Assembly (NCBI GenBank): GCA_951406725.2
Contig: OX597839.1
Location: 40,858,001-40,922,000 of the forward strand
Length of the DNA stretch: 64,000 nt
From: Octopus vulgaris
Lineage: Eukaryota
Reading direction: 5' to 3'
Shown here: in pieces, positions 1 through 15,182 of the stretch
Layout of the letters: each line of letters starts with the position of its first letter
Position numbering within the stretch: the stretch's first letter is position 1
Notes under the pieces: generated by a model
What the model saw: only the letters and a program-made list of their open reading frames with translations
Databases searched by the model: none
Told to the model about the DNA's origin: nothing
Position numbers and translations under genes: made by a program

Positions 1-584
1 TCCACACCACATACAATTAAGTGAAGATTAGTGGATAAATCCAAGCCACATCTTTTACCTTTTACTTGTTTCAGTCATTAGAAATGCAGCTTATGTATTG
101 CAGAAAGATCTCATATTCTTCTTAGATCCAACAATTCCAACACGCCGCTTAAATTCCAGATCTGAAATTTTTAGCAGGTGTAAACACATGGACAGTTTTC
201 TTTTATCGATTGAGTTGCTATCTCGCAGACTTCCACATATTTCTGTTATATTGTTGTATACCAATTCTCTACCAGTTGTACCTAATGTGCTTTCTGCAAT
301 CAGGGAAGACGAAAATCTTAGTTTTCTTGATCTCGTTTATCTTTCTCTCGTTCCAATTTTGCACTAACGCTCTTCACGTTTTTTTTTTCACGTTTTTTTT
401 TTTCACGTTTTATCGTATTTACTCGGTGACCGGCGTCCTTCTTTTTAAAATACATATATAACGCATAAGCAGAGTCTGAATGATTGCTTTAAGATACATA
501 GCGTATTTTATAAATATTGCTGTTCAATATCATGCAAGCATAAAACTATTGGTAGCTCTTCCGTTTATGTATAAAGACTGATTA

Positions 585-775
585 CACATTTTTCTCACTC
601 CGTTTTTTTTTGGGGGGTGGGGCTCTCTCCATATTTGTCCTCTCAATCCTTTCAGTCGAAGAGCGTAAACTCCAAGACTTAAATACTTTTCCATTCTTCC
701 CGAGTGTTAAATTAATACACCTGCTTGTTACTCCCTCACCTGACGTCGTCTTTAATTTTCTGAAACTTTGAAATA
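585..775 (+). mobile_element. Decayed short Penelope pLTR-like element (family H1) with eroded HHR motif at ~648-686
   Basis: ccttt-cagtcga-a-gag..ctc and the downstream 'ctgacgtcgtctt' region align with the better copies at 1770-1975 and 9510-9690; ends in TA-rich sequence. Confidence 0.5.
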
Positions 776-924
776 TATAAAAATATATTTGTGTGTGTGT
801 GTGTCTGTGTATGTGTGTGTGTGTGTGCGCGTGTATATATGTAAGTATGTATATATTTTTTCCGAATATGTAATAGGTGTATACTATGAGTGCTATTTCA
901 TTTTTACTTCAATATATATATATA

Positions 925-1020
925 TACGACGGGCTTCTTTCAATTTCCATCTACCAAATCCACTCTCAAAGCTTTAGTCGTCCTTAGACTATAGTAGAAG
1001 TAACTAGCCCAAGGTACTTG
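925..1020 (-). mobile_element. SINE family A fragment
   Basis: acgacgggcttctttcaatttccatctaccaaatccactc matches the family A body at 62203-62290. Confidence 0.75.
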
Positions 1021-1129
1021 CCTACTTTATTTCCTTTGTTTCTTTATATGTTCTTTGCAGAGTGAGATTGGCGATTTTTCGCTTCAAAAACGGCTTCAAG
1101 CAAAGGATTCACTTGATGTATATTCAGTG

Positions 1130-1176
<47 letters not shown>

Positions 1177-1212
1177 CAATATATATATATATATAACAGC
1201 GCCAAAACAATC

Positions 1213-1251
<39 letters not shown>

Positions 1252-1667
1252 TACATATATATTTTTATATATATATATATATATATATACGATTGTTCTG
1301 GCGCTGATAAATTTGATAATGGATTTTTCTCTAATTATTTCGAAGGATTTAAATTAAATTTTCAACAAATACTTAACACAAAGCAACAACAAAAACCAAA
1401 AAGAGAGAAATAGAAAAATCAAAATTAAAACAAAGATAAACTTAAAAACAAAAATATTTCTCTATCTCATTTCATGTTTTTTCCCTCTGGTTATAGTGTT
1501 GTTTTATACTTTATTTTCCATGTTGCTCGTAAATGCATACATAATATATGATACACATGAGCACAAACACACAGGAAGACAGACAAACACACACACACAT
1601 ATATTTATATATGTGTGCGTGTTTGTATGTATTTATGTTTATATGTATATGTATATTTTTTTCTTTT

Positions 1668-1750
1668 GGAGTTTTACTTGTTGCAGTCGTTTGACTGCGA
1701 CCATGCTGGAGCAGTGCCTTTTTAGTCGGACAATTCGACACCAGGACTTT
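1668..1750 (-). mobile_element. SINE family A 3' tail
   Basis: ttttacttgttgcagtcgtttgactgcgaccatgctggagcagtgcc matches the tail at 61960-62010. Confidence 0.8.
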
Positions 1751-1835
1751 TCGTCAATTTGTTGCCATGATAGACCGTTAGCTCCTACACGCATTTTTTC
1801 TCTCCTTGTTTCTCTCCTTGTTTCTTTTCTGTGTA

Positions 1836-1873
1836 TCTTTCTGTCGAAGAGCGTAGGCTCGAAACGTAAAAGA
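1836..1873 (+). ncRNA. Minimal type I hammerhead-like motif (family H1, core CUGUCGA) inside a ~1770-1975 element
   Basis: UCUUU-CUGUCGA-A-GAGC(GUAG)GCUC-GAA-ACGU-A-AAAGA: stem I UCUUU/AAAGA, 4-bp stem II, palindromic ACGU stem III, GUA site; A6 replaced by U. Confidence 0.65.
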
Positions 1874-1969
1874 CTTGTTTTATTTCTATTCCTGAGCGCC
1901 ATACTAATACATTGTTTGTTTGTACTCCACCTGCCTTCGTCTTTTGCTTATTTTCGTAAACCTTCCCGT

Positions 1970-2012
<43 letters not shown>

Positions 2013-2175
2013 CAGTGAGTGTGTGTGTGTGTATGTGTGTGTATGTGTGTATGTGTGTGTGTAGCACCATCATACTAATGATTTATCAGTTGTTTTGAAT
2101 TCCTTTCAGTCACTTCATGTACGTATTTATGAGTTTACAGATATCTATATATACATCTGCCTGTATATATAAACG

Positions 2176-2251
<76 letters not shown>

Positions 2252-2314
2252 GAGAGAGACAGAGAGAGACAGAGAGATAATATGAGAAAATGGAATTCAC
2301 AAGACTATTCCGTG

Positions 2315-2389
<75 letters not shown>

Positions 2390-2550
2390 TGTATGTATGT
2401 ATGTATGTATGTATGTATGTATGTATGTTTGTATGAATGTATGTATGTATGTATGTATGTATATATGTATGTATGTATGTATGTATGTTGAATAGACACC
2501 ACAGATGCCAAGTAAAAAATATATATATATATACATACATATACACACAC

Positions 2551-2581
<31 letters not shown>

Positions 2582-2629
2582 TATATTACACCTACGCACC
2601 CACATACATCGTTATATGACGGTATTATG

Positions 2630-2925
2630 GGGCTGACCAAAGCCTTGTTAGTGGATTTGGTAGACGGAAACTGAAAGAAGCCCGTCGTATATGTGTCTGT
2701 GTGTGTGTTTGTGTGGGTGTGTGTCTGTGTCTGTGTTTGTCCTCCCAACATCGCTTGACAACTGATGCTGGTGCGTTTACGTCCCCGTAACTTAGCGGTT
2801 CGGCGGAAAGAAACCGATTGAATAAGTACTAAGCTTACAAAGAAGAAGTGCTGGTGTTGATTTGCTCGACTAAAGGCGGTGCCCCAGCACGGCCGCAGTG
2901 ATATGACTGAACCAAGTATAAGAAA
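2630..2925 (+). mobile_element. SINE family A, 5'-truncated
   Basis: Body, internal TG tract and tail ggcggtgccccagcacggccgcagt..gactgaa match 25976-26375. Confidence 0.85.
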
Positions 2926-3495
2926 AAAATGTGTGTGTGTCTGTGTGTGTGTGTGCGTGCGCGCGTGCCCGTGTGTGTGTGTGTGTGTGTGTGTGTGTAA
3001 GTGGGTATATGTTAACAGTACACATATCGTCCTTAAAGTTCGTGGTGAAACGTGAAACAAGCCGTTTAGTGCAATATCAGATAATTTTGACGGCCATGTT
3101 GAATAATGGCGCCAATGAACTTTTAATAACGAAGAAAAAATCTTCCGGTTAAATATGGAGGAAATTTAAAAAGCACTTTCATAAGCTGCTGTGTTATCGG
3201 TTGTGAATACAAGTAAATGAACATATGTAGTCGAGCAACGCTTTCAGAATCTAGCATATACATGAATAACATACGCTTTACTGACAATCTAGATTTATTT
3301 ATAAAAGTGTATGTTTTTATATATAAAAGTGTATGTCAGTATGAATGTTTGTATGTGTACATAGGTATGATCTGATAATTTTATTAGTGTGTGAAAACGC
3401 AAATATTGAACCATCGATTCGTAAGTATATATCTTTGTATATATATATATAAACATCATTTGTCTATATGCTTGTATATGCGTGTGTGCATGTAT

Positions 3496-3618
<123 letters not shown>

Positions 3619-3652
3619 AAGAGAACTAAATTAGAGAGATAATATGTGTGTG

Positions 3653-3683
<31 letters not shown>

Positions 3684-3779
3684 ATACACACGTATGTATG
3701 TACTATGTAAGTAGATATATATAAAGATATATATAATGTATAATACGCACACACATATATGTGTATGTGTTTGTGTCTG

Positions 3780-3830
<51 letters not shown>

Positions 3831-4095
3831 AAGCGTCTGCGTATATATCTATGTGTCTATGTGTGAAAGAGAAAGTGTATCTAGAGAGAGAGAAAGAAAA
3901 TATGAGGGTGGGAGAGATATATTTGCATGTACGCAAAATAATGGGGGTATTAAATATAGATATATTTAACTGTGCACAGACATCCAAATATACGTGTGAA
4001 CGTGTGTAACGGAAATATGCGTACTGATCTATATATATATATATTACATATGTATGCACACATACGCACATACAAACTCATATATATATATAAAT

Positions 4096-4137
<42 letters not shown>

Positions 4138-4211
4138 GTACATTCAAACATTTAATGTGTATCAGTGATTGGGCATAAACATGTATTTGATTTCATCTGT
4201 ATGTGTATATG

Positions 4212-4244
<33 letters not shown>

Positions 4245-4547
4245 GTATGTATGTATGTATATATAGATATACATGTGTATGTGACTGTATATGTAGGCAT
4301 GTATAAATGATTGCAAATTAGTGAAATTCTAGTAAACTTTCGAAAGTAGCTACATCTACTGCTGTTTAAATATATACCATATATATATAACTATATATAA
4401 CTGTATATATATATATGTCTGTGTGTGAATGTGTATTTGTGTGTATATATATATATGTATATATGCATATATATACATATATATATGTATATACATATGT
4501 GTATATATACATATACATATATATATATATATATATGAATATATATG

Positions 4548-4582
<35 letters not shown>

Positions 4583-5286
4583 TTGACTTATATATATAAT
4601 TAGCAAGATAGGAAAGAGCATAAAAATCAACTGGATGAGCTGTCCGGTCACGCGAAAACTTCGAACTTAAGCAAAAACTCGTAAAAGTCAACTTAAAAGA
4701 AAACCATCTTTATTTCGCTTTAGAAAACAATGTTTTGATGAAGGAAAAATTATAAAATACACACTGATGATTTTACACACACACACCAAACACACAGAAT
4801 TGAGTTCGATTATGTATGTGTATATTCTTCCTATGTGTATTGGTATGTCAGGCTGCGTGTGTTTTTGTGTATATATTTCATGTTTCGTTTAATGTTACGT
4901 ATGGCGTCACAGGTGCAATAATCTAACAGTGTATTGACATGTTCAGTAGAAATATGTTTTATAAATAGATTTTCATCTCAGATGGAAGCATTGGGTCGAC
5001 GCTGTAAGTTCCATGTGTCAAGACCTCTGCGCAGTGTATTAGAACGCAAAAACTTAGTACACCAAGTTACACGTGAGCACATATATATACACGCTTCCTT
5101 TCTTCCTCTCTCTTTCCTTCTCTCTGTCTCGCTCTCACTCTCTCTCTCTCTCTCTCTCTCTCATACACACACACAGATAAACACTTATACACAACACGCA
5201 GACAAAAATACATCTACACCCACACTGTGTAAGAGAGTGTGTTTGCGTATATGAATATGCAATATATGTAGTTATGTACATCAAGT

Positions 5287-5343
<57 letters not shown>

Positions 5344-5738
5344 GAACACATGCATATATAATGTATAGTTATATGCAAATAATTTTATATATCTGTGCAT
5401 GCAAAGATGTATATATACATACATATATGCACACATATAAAAATATATATGCATATATATATATATTCATATATGCATACGCAAACACACGCGCGCGCGC
5501 GCATAAATGTATTTACTAATATATAGGCATATATATCTCACTATATATCTATATGCTACAAAATGAGTAGTATGTGTGTTTGTGTCTGTGTATGCGTGTG
5601 CGTTTGTGAGGGTTTACATGTGTGTATGTATGCACGTGTGTATTTATGTATGTGTGTATGTGATCATAGGCATGCATAAATGTACGCATTAATCTATGTA
5701 TGTAGATGTGGGCGTATGCATACTTGCATGCTTGTGTG

Positions 5739-5739
<1 letters not shown>

Positions 5740-5770
<31 letters not shown>

Positions 5771-6651
5771 AATGTATGTATGTATGTATGTATGTATGTA
5801 TGTATGTATGCATGTATGTATGTATGTTTGTATGTATGTATGTATGTATGTATGTATGTGTGTATGTGTGTATGTATGTATGTATGTATGTATGTATGTA
5901 TGTGTGTATGTATGTATGCATGTATGTATGTTTGTATGCATGTATGTATGTATGTATGAATGTATGTGTGTATGTATGTATGTATGTATGTATGTATGTG
6001 TGTATGTATGTATGTATGTATGTATGTATGTATGTATGTATGTGTGTATGTATGTATGTATGTATGTTTGTATGTATGTATGTATGTATGTATGTATGTA
6101 TGTATGTATGTATGTATGCATGTTGGTATATATGTAAGAATATAAGAGATTCAGTCCATTTTTCAGTTTTGTTCGCAGTTACCGTGTACGTATTAACACT
6201 TGCAAAAACACAAAGTTCAATATATGAGCTGGTGAGTGTATATATGTACATATATATATATATATATCTGTGTCTGTTTGGGTTGGTACGTGAGTATGTA
6301 CACGAGTGCGTCTGTGTATAAGTGCGTGAGTGATAAGAATAATGATTGAACGCTTGTGTGAATAACGGAATAGCAAAACTTAAAATTTCTTCAACGGTTT
6401 AATCTTTACAATTGCAGAGATTAATAGATGTCAGATGCCATAGATTAAGTATATAGGTTACGCATATAAGCATTGACTAGATTGTGTATATGTCTATGTG
6501 TATACGTATCTATGCATAAGTGTATATGTATATATATATATTTATATATATATATGTATATAGGTGTGTGTAGATGTGTATGTCTGTATCTATATACGAG
6601 TGGGGATTTATCTTTGTCTGTGGATAGATGCATGTATATGCATCTATATAA

Positions 6652-6706
<55 letters not shown>

Positions 6707-7146
6707 TGTGTGTGTATCTCTGTGTTTATGTCTATGTATAAATGTATATGTATGTGTGTGTTTCTATACCTGGGTGTATATACATATATATGTATGTGTA
6801 TGCATGTATGTATGTGTGTATGTATGTATGCATGCATGTATGTATGTGTGTATGTATGTATGTATGTATGTATGTATGTATGCATGTATGTATTTATGTA
6901 TGTATGTATGTATGTATGCATGTATGTATGTATGTATGTATGTATGTATGCATGTATGCATATATGTATGTATGCATGTATGTATGTATGCATGTATGTA
7001 TGTATGTATGTATGTATGCATGCATGTATGTATGTATGTCTGTACGTACTTACGTATGTATGTATGTATGTATGTATGCATGTTTGCATGTATGTATGTA
7101 TGTAGGTATGTATCTATGCATGTATGTATGTATGTATGTACGTATG

Positions 7147-7180
<34 letters not shown>

Positions 7181-7205
7181 TGTATGCATGTATCTATGTG
7201 TGTAT
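5740..7205. repeat. Compound (TATG)n/(TA)n microsatellite blocks
   Basis: Long TATG arrays at ~5760-6120 and ~6790-7200. Confidence 0.95.
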
Positions 7206-7341
7206 GTATGTATTTTCTTTCAAATTTAAGTTCGCAGAATTCTAAGCGGCCACCGAGAACGTAACAACGTTTTTCGTTTGAAGGCAGTTCCAGAAATTCA
7301 TACCGGAAACTGTTTCAATGCGTGTGCTTAATGTTAAAAGG

Positions 7342-7652
7342 TGAAGACGGGTGGCTTAGTGGTCAAGGTATTAAGCTCATGGTCGTGAGTTCGATTCCTG
7401 GTCATGCATTGTGTCCTTGAGCAAGACACTTTATTTCATGTTACTCCGGTCCACTCAGCTGGCAAAAATTAATTGTAACCGTTTATCAAAGGGCCAGCCT
7501 TGTCACCTTCTGTGTCAAGCTGGATCTCCCTGAGAACTGCGTTAAGGGTACGCGTGACTGTGGAATACTCAGCCACTTGCACGTTAATTTCACGTGCAGG
7601 CTGTTCCCTTGTTCGGACCAACTGGTACACCGGTTGCCGTCACCGTCGGAGA
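7342..7652 (+). mobile_element. tRNA-derived SINE family C
   Basis: A box tggcttagtgg, B box gttcgattcc, then tgtgtccttgagcaagacacttt; 3' half homologous to the minus copy at 58180-58330. Confidence 0.8.
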
Positions 7653-7664
7653 AAGAGTTATACG

Positions 7665-7830
7665 TGGAGGCAGTTAGCAGGCAGAATCTTCCGTACGCCG
7701 GACAAAATGCTCTACGGTATTTCTTCCGGCTCTTTCCGTTATGAGTTCAGTTGACACAGAGGTCAACTTTGTCTTTCACTCCTTCAATGTCGATATAGTA
7801 CCAGTCAACTACCGAGGTCGATGTAAACCT
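7665..7830 (+). mobile_element. SINE family B, degenerate
   Basis: agttagcaggcagaatc..gagttc..gaggtcaactttgtctttcactccttc is the reverse of the adjacent copy at 7830-8056. Confidence 0.7.
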
Positions 7831-8056
7831 ATTTCTTTACTACCCACAAGGGGCTAAACACAGAGAGGACGAACAAGGACAGACAAAGGGATTAAGTCGA
7901 TTATATTGACCCCAGTGCGTAACTGGTACTTATTTAATCGACCCCGAAAGGATGAAAGGCAAAGTCGACCTCGGCGGAATTTGAACTCAGAACGTAACAG
8001 TAGACGAAATACCGCTAAGCATTTCGTCCGGCGTGCTAACGTTTCTGCCAGCTCGT
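7830..8056 (-). mobile_element. tRNA-derived SINE family B, near full length
   Basis: Minus strand reads gagctggcagaaacgttagc..gagttcaaattcc (B box)..tail tttagccccttgtggg; near-identical copy at 57285-57482. Confidence 0.85.
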
Positions 8057-8124
8057 CGATGTAAACCACTTGCCCCTTTCCCTCACAATGTGCTTGCCTT
8101 GAAGCCTACAACGGACAGGCGGCC

Positions 8125-8325
8125 TGCTCTAGGTATAAAAGATAAGGTTACTTTTCGAGCCATGCGGACACATAAGGGCCGGTTTCCCGGTTTCATAGCG
8201 TATATAATTTTCCGCCCTAGCCCTCCTATTCCTGCACGGGACACCGGTCCGTCGCAGGATTACTCATTTTTGTCACCTAAGTGGGCTGGAATAACGTGAA
8301 ATGAAGTGCCTTGCTCAAGAACAGA
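8125..8325 (-). mobile_element. SINE fragment (family D-like)
   Basis: cgtgaaatgaagtgccttgctcaaga is shared with 27117-27145 and is the reverse of the post-tRNA domain of family C. Confidence 0.55.
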
Positions 8326-8364
8326 CCCAGTGAGACAAGCGTTAGTGGTAGCGGTGGAAGTGGG

Positions 8365-8700
<336 letters not shown>

Positions 8701-8992
8701 CAGTGGTGGCGTTGGTGATGCTGCGGTTGGCGTTAGTGAAGCTGATGTTGATGATTATAGTGTCAATTCTGTAAGACTCGTCAATATATTCTGAAGCGAT
8801 TCTACAGAAGAGACAGCGTTAAGATGCTGCAGTCTCCAGACGGCAACAACATAACCATGGAACGTAAACAACGATTTCACGGAATAAATCAGGTGATGGG
8901 ATCCGGACCCTATGTTTGGGTATGTCTGTGCATCTATGTATGTTTGCATATGTAAGTGTATATCTATGTCTATGTGTGTATATATGTATGTA

Positions 8993-9056
<64 letters not shown>

Positions 9057-9070
9057 CATATATGTATGTA

Positions 9071-9104
<34 letters not shown>

Positions 9105-9117
<13 letters not shown>

Positions 9118-9415
9118 GCATATATGGGTACAGGACACCCAAAAACGTCGAACGCAATGAGAAACGAAAACATAAACACAAAACCAAGGAAATGGACATT
9201 TTTTAAAAATAACGAAAATATAGAGTACAGGACATAGAAAACAAGGAAAATTCCCCTTCTTCAGTCGCCTTAATTTCATCTATTTCCTGTACTCTATTTT
9301 TTGGTTATTTTTTTTAAAATGTCCATTTCCTTGGTTTTGTGTTTATGATTTCGTTTCTCATTGTGTTCGACGTTTTTTTAGGTGTCCTGTACCCATATAT
9401 GCATGTATATATACA
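9105..9415. mobile_element. Fold-back (inverted) pLTR-like element beside (TA)n
   Basis: ~130-bp inverted arms (~9105-9238 and ~9279-9415); the loop carries CTGAAGA plus a hairpin on the minus strand. Confidence 0.7.
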
Positions 9416-9471
9416 TGTAGAGGTAGGTACGTACAAATATGTATGTATATATGCATATTATTTATTTATTA

Positions 9472-9513
<42 letters not shown>

Positions 9514-9600
9514 AAAAATCACACAAAAAGACAAAAGACGAAGTCAGGTGATGTAGACAACAAACAGATGTATTAGTATAACGCTCGGGAAGTGAAAAAG

Positions 9601-9638
9601 TCTTTAACGTTTCGAGCCTACGCTCTTCCACAGAAAGG
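9601..9638 (-). ncRNA. Minimal type I hammerhead-like motif (family H1, core CUGUGGA) inside a ~9510-9690 element
   Basis: Minus strand: CCUUU-CUGUGGA-A-GAGC(GUAG)GCUC-GAA-ACGU-U-AAAGA; the element ends in (TA)n at ~9510. Confidence 0.65.
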
Positions 9639-9959
9639 AACGCAGAAAGAAACAGAGAGAGAGAATAAAGAATGTGCAGTTGCTAGCGTATATATATGTA
9701 TGTATGAATGTATGTATGTATGTATGTATCTATGTATCTATCTATCTATCTATCTATCTATATATCTATCTATCTTTCTCTATATATACAAGCGGAGAGA
9801 GAAAGAGAGAGAGGTGTGGGGAAAGAGAGTAAGAAGCATATGTTTAATATACACAACGATAAAAATACACATATACAAGTACCTGCAAGTGTATTTTTAA
9901 GTGTGTGAGTGTATGAATGTGTGTGTATATGTATGTATGTGTGTGTATATATATGTATG

Positions 9960-10015
<56 letters not shown>

Positions 10016-10384
10016 TATATGCACGCATTATATTTGTATATAAGTATATGAATAAATATATGTATATATGCGTACATTTATACATTTTTGGATAGATACC
10101 TGTATATATTTATCTATATAGTTATGCATATATACATAGATGTACATATACATACATATGTATAGATACACACACACACAGGCACGCACACACATATATT
10201 TACATATATATACTTATATATATATACATATATACATACATATATATACATATATATACATATGCATACATATATATATATATGTATGTATACATAGATA
10301 TAGATATACATATGCATTCATACATCCATACATACATGCATGCATGTATACATACATACATACATACATACATACATACATACA

Positions 10385-10416
<32 letters not shown>

Positions 10417-11300
10417 CGCACTGCTGAATTCTGGAAAACGCGTAATTAGAAGCCTTTCATTTATCACGTATTAAAAAATACATTAATTTCGAGAAATACG
10501 TAAAGACTAACTTTTCATGTGCTTCTATAAAACACATAGGTTTTTATCTTTCATTGAAAATGTAATTCTAAAGAAAATTGGTGGATTAAAGAAATAGGAA
10601 CAGGTGTAGCTGTGTGACAAGAATTTTACTTCCTAGCCTCATGGGTCTTGGTTCAATCCCACAGTGTAGCACCTTGGGCACATCTATTTAATGCGCAAAA
10701 TTAATTGGACTATTGGAATATTATGAAAGATTTTGGTTTTGAGACAAATGTCTGGGTTATCAGTCCAAGTATGAAAAGTAAAATTTTAATCTACTAAATG
10801 CTTCGTAAAGATGTATGTGTAAATTAAATGCTTCGAGATGAGAGGCAAATATACACATTCAAACAATACATATTCATCGATATTTAAATCATATAAATTT
10901 GTACATACGGGGTCGGTTCGTCGCATCAGAGAAACTAATATTAAAGCTCACAAGAATGTATGGAAAGTTTGGAAGGGAGACGTCTAAATTAAAATCCAAA
11001 TGTATACAACCTAAATTAAAATCTAAATGTATACAACCTACGTCCGTTTCAGGGACATAGTGCTAAGAGTAGATATTGATTTAAAAATCCATTCCAGTAT
11101 CGCTATTTCCTTCATGGGAGATACTAATATATCGTATAGATCACTTTTGGTGCGTTTGTTCATTGAAGTCGAAGTTCATGTTGCACTATACCAGATGTGT
11201 GTGTGTGTGTGAGTAGATAATAGATAGATAGATAGATAGATACATACATACATACATACATAGATACATATATAGATAGATAGATAGGTAGGTAGGTAGG

Positions 11301-11382
<82 letters not shown>

Positions 11383-11419
11383 CGTGTATATATTTACGGC
11401 CATATCACGTATATATGTA

Positions 11420-11755
11420 TATATCTGTGTGTGTGTCTTTGTTTGTCCTCCCAGTATAGCTTGACAACCAGTGTTGGTGTGTTTACGTCCCCGTAACTTT
11501 GCGGTTCAGCAAAAGTGACCGATAGAATTAGTACTTGGCTTCAAACATAAGCCTTGGTGTCGATTTCTTTGACACTAAAATCCTTCAAGGCTGTACTCCA
11601 GCATGATCGCAGTCAAATGACTGAAACAAGATTAAAAGATTAAAAAAAAAACACCATGGCTACTTGGTATAAAATTGGCTTCCCAACGGCATGGTTCTTG
11701 GTTCAGTCCCACTGGGTGACCCCTTAGACAAATGTCTTTTCCAATAACCTCGAAG
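11420..11755 (+). mobile_element. SINE family A 3' half (11420-11645) followed by another 5' head (11655-11755)
   Basis: Homology to 25976-26375. Confidence 0.8.
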
Positions 11756-11914
11756 TGAAAGATAAAATATACGACATTAGGTTATTTCATTAATGTAAAA
11801 TACAATTTTTATTGAACTTTTCCTTCTAGCCGCCTTCTGTATCTATTATGCCCTGTATAAATATGACGTTAATTAATTATGTAATCTTTATTAATTAATT
11901 ATGTAATCTATATG

Positions 11915-11970
11915 TGACCTCTGAAGGGAATGTGACATTATATTGAAACAGCCGGGGACCTGTAAAGTTA
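11915..11970 (+). ncRNA. Decayed type I hammerhead motif
   Basis: UGACCU-CUGAAGG-G-AAUGUG(ACAU)UAUAUU-GAA-ACAG(ccggggac)CUGU-A-AAGUUA; A9 replaced by G and one stem I mismatch. Confidence 0.55.
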
Positions 11971-12172
11971 GCAAAGAAATTAACAAGTTTAGCCAATAAA
12001 TTAATGCATGTTTATACTTTACATCTAAAACACATGGAGTCCTTTCTTGAACTTTTGATCATCTTAATAGCTTGGCACGTCGATATCAGATATGTGTGAG
12101 TGCATGTCTATATATATATATGTGTGTGTGTGTACATATGTTCATATATGTATATGTAAATATATATATGTA

Positions 12173-12225
<53 letters not shown>

Positions 12226-12294
12226 AGATAGATAGATAGATACATACATATATATATTTATATATACACGTGTGTGTATAGGTATGTTTATATA

Positions 12295-12345
<51 letters not shown>

Positions 12346-12463
12346 ACTTACATATACATGGTATATATATATACATATATACATATATGCCTGAATATGT
12401 ATGTGTATATATATATATATATAAATATGCTATATACATAATATATATATATATATATAAATA

Positions 12464-12505
<42 letters not shown>

Positions 12506-12859
12506 CTATTTATATTTCTATTTATATTTATATTATATTTATATTTATATATACATATGTATATGCATGTGCGTATATAAGGGAAGAAATAGAAAAAAAA
12601 TTGAAACTAATATTTGACTCGTTTCTCGAATGAATTTGCTATGTCGTTCAATTAGGAATGTCTGCAGAATATTGCTTTTGAAGTTATCTGTTACTTCCGA
12701 GAATGGGCAAATAATTAAATGAATAAATAAATAGTTAAATAAATGAATAAATAAATAAATAAAAAGGTTTGAAGCAAAAACATACAAGAAACGAGAAAAG
12801 AGACACGAACGAAAAACTAAATGGCGACTACTAAGTTGTAGTTGTCTTTTATAATAGTG

Positions 12860-13090
12860 ATGACGGTGGTGGTGGTGGTGGTGGTGGTGGTGGTGGTGGT
12901 GGTTGCGGTGATGCTCGTGGACATAATAATAATGAGGAGGAGGAGGAGAAATGGGAGGATGAAGACTTTGGTAATACTAATAGCAACAACAACAACAATA
13001 GAAACAACAGCAGCAATAATAATAATAATAATTATAATAATAATGATGATGATGATGATGATGATGGTGGTGATGATGGTGATGGTGATG

Positions 13091-13175
<85 letters not shown>

Positions 13176-13555
13176 TAATAATAATAATAATAATCATAAT
13201 AATAATAATTATTATTATTATTATGATTATTATTATTATTATTATTATTAATATTATTATTATTATTATCATTATTGTCATTATTATTATTATGATAATA
13301 CTGACGACGGTGGCGGCAGCGACAAGAAGAACGACAACGAAAGCAAAGAAGAATGGGACGGAAGAGGAAAAAGAAAAGGAAGATGAAAGAAAGAAAGAAA
13401 GGAAGAAAGAAGGAAAGAAAGAAAGAAGACGGTACAATAATGAACGAGACGAAAAGGCGTATAAACAAACCAATTCATATGTATGTATATATACATATAT
13501 ATATATAGACGCATCTATATATGTATACGTACATATACATGTACATGCATATATT

Positions 13556-13629
<74 letters not shown>

Positions 13630-14368
13630 ATATGTATATACATGCATACAACGGAAACCGGAAGAGACTAAACTGTAGTAGACGAAACAAAAACAAATAT
13701 GGCAAAACATTACAAAAAAAAGGGAGGGGACGTAAAAGTGAAAGTGAAAGTGAAACTTGGAAGATATTTCATTTTTGATTTTATTTTATTGTCCACCACG
13801 TGATGGCGCTAGAGTCGGCATGTCTAGCTTTATTAGTGCATCGTTTCGTGAAGGAGAGCAGCATTTTTTTTGTATGGTAAATGATAAATGGGGGGTTGTA
13901 AAACAAGATAGTGGAACGGATGTTGGGTTGATGTCTGTCGATGTTGCTGATGATGATGATGGTGATGGTGCTAGTGGTGGTGGCGCTGTTGCTGGTGTTG
14001 TTGGTGATGATGATCATTATTATGACGGTGATGGTATGAGGATCATAATGATGTTTGTGATTGTTGTAGTGGTTGCGATGGTAATCGTGATGTTGCTGAT
14101 GGTGGTGAGAATTTTCATGGGGATGGTGAAAAGTTGTGGTGGTGGTCTTAGTCGTGGGTATAAGGATGGCAGTTGTGGAAGTGATGGTGGTGGTAGTGGT
14201 GGTAGTGGTGGTGTTGGTGTTTGTAGTTTTGTTAGTGGTGGCAGTAGAGGTAATGATGACGATGACGATGACGACGGCGACGACGACGATGATGATTATG
14301 ATGATGGTGATGATGATGATGATAATGATGATGATGATGAGGGTGATTGTGACGACGACAACGACGAC

Positions 14369-14399
<31 letters not shown>

Positions 14400-14581
14400 G
14401 ATGGTGATGATCATGATGATGATAATGATGATCATGACGACGATGATGATGATGACGACGACGGCGAGGATGATGATGATGATGGTGATATTGGTGATGG
14501 TAATGGTTATGATGATGATGATGATGATGATGGTAGTGACAATGATGATGATGATGATGTTGGTGGTGATGATGATGATGG

Positions 14582-14625
<44 letters not shown>

Positions 14626-14750
14626 GTGATGGTGATGATGATGATGATGATGATGATGATGGTGATGGTGGTAGTTGCTCTTAGTTCTATAAATATTATT
14701 TATCAATAATATTTATGACACTGAAATTGAAAACGGTTACAACAACAACG

Positions 14751-14843
<93 letters not shown>

Positions 14844-14879
14844 GCAACAACAACAACAACATTAACAATAATAATAATG

Positions 14880-14918
<39 letters not shown>

Positions 14919-15015
14919 TAATAATAATAATAATAATAACAATAACAACAACAACAACAACAATAACAATAACAATAATAATAATGATAATAATAATAAT
15001 AATAATATAATAATG

Positions 15016-15058
<43 letters not shown>

Positions 15059-15105
15059 TAACAACAACAACAACAACAACAACAACAATAACAATAATAA
15101 TAATG

Positions 15106-15182
<77 letters not shown>

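Noticed and set aside
95-370. Unique island as a host exon or pogo CENP-B-type HTH relic (minus strand)
   Set aside because: Only vague resemblance across frameshifts; needs BLASTX
8800-8845. CAGAAGA plus GAC/GUC stem
   Set aside because: No GAAA or cleavage triplet
9240-9280. Minus-strand CUGAAGA plus hairpin as a full HHR
   Set aside because: Followed by GUUU instead of GAAA and no stem III; at most a remnant
13790-13812. CTCF-like/E-box motif, plus YY1-like AAATGGCG motifs elsewhere
   Set aside because: Short imperfect matches expected by chance; no promoter context
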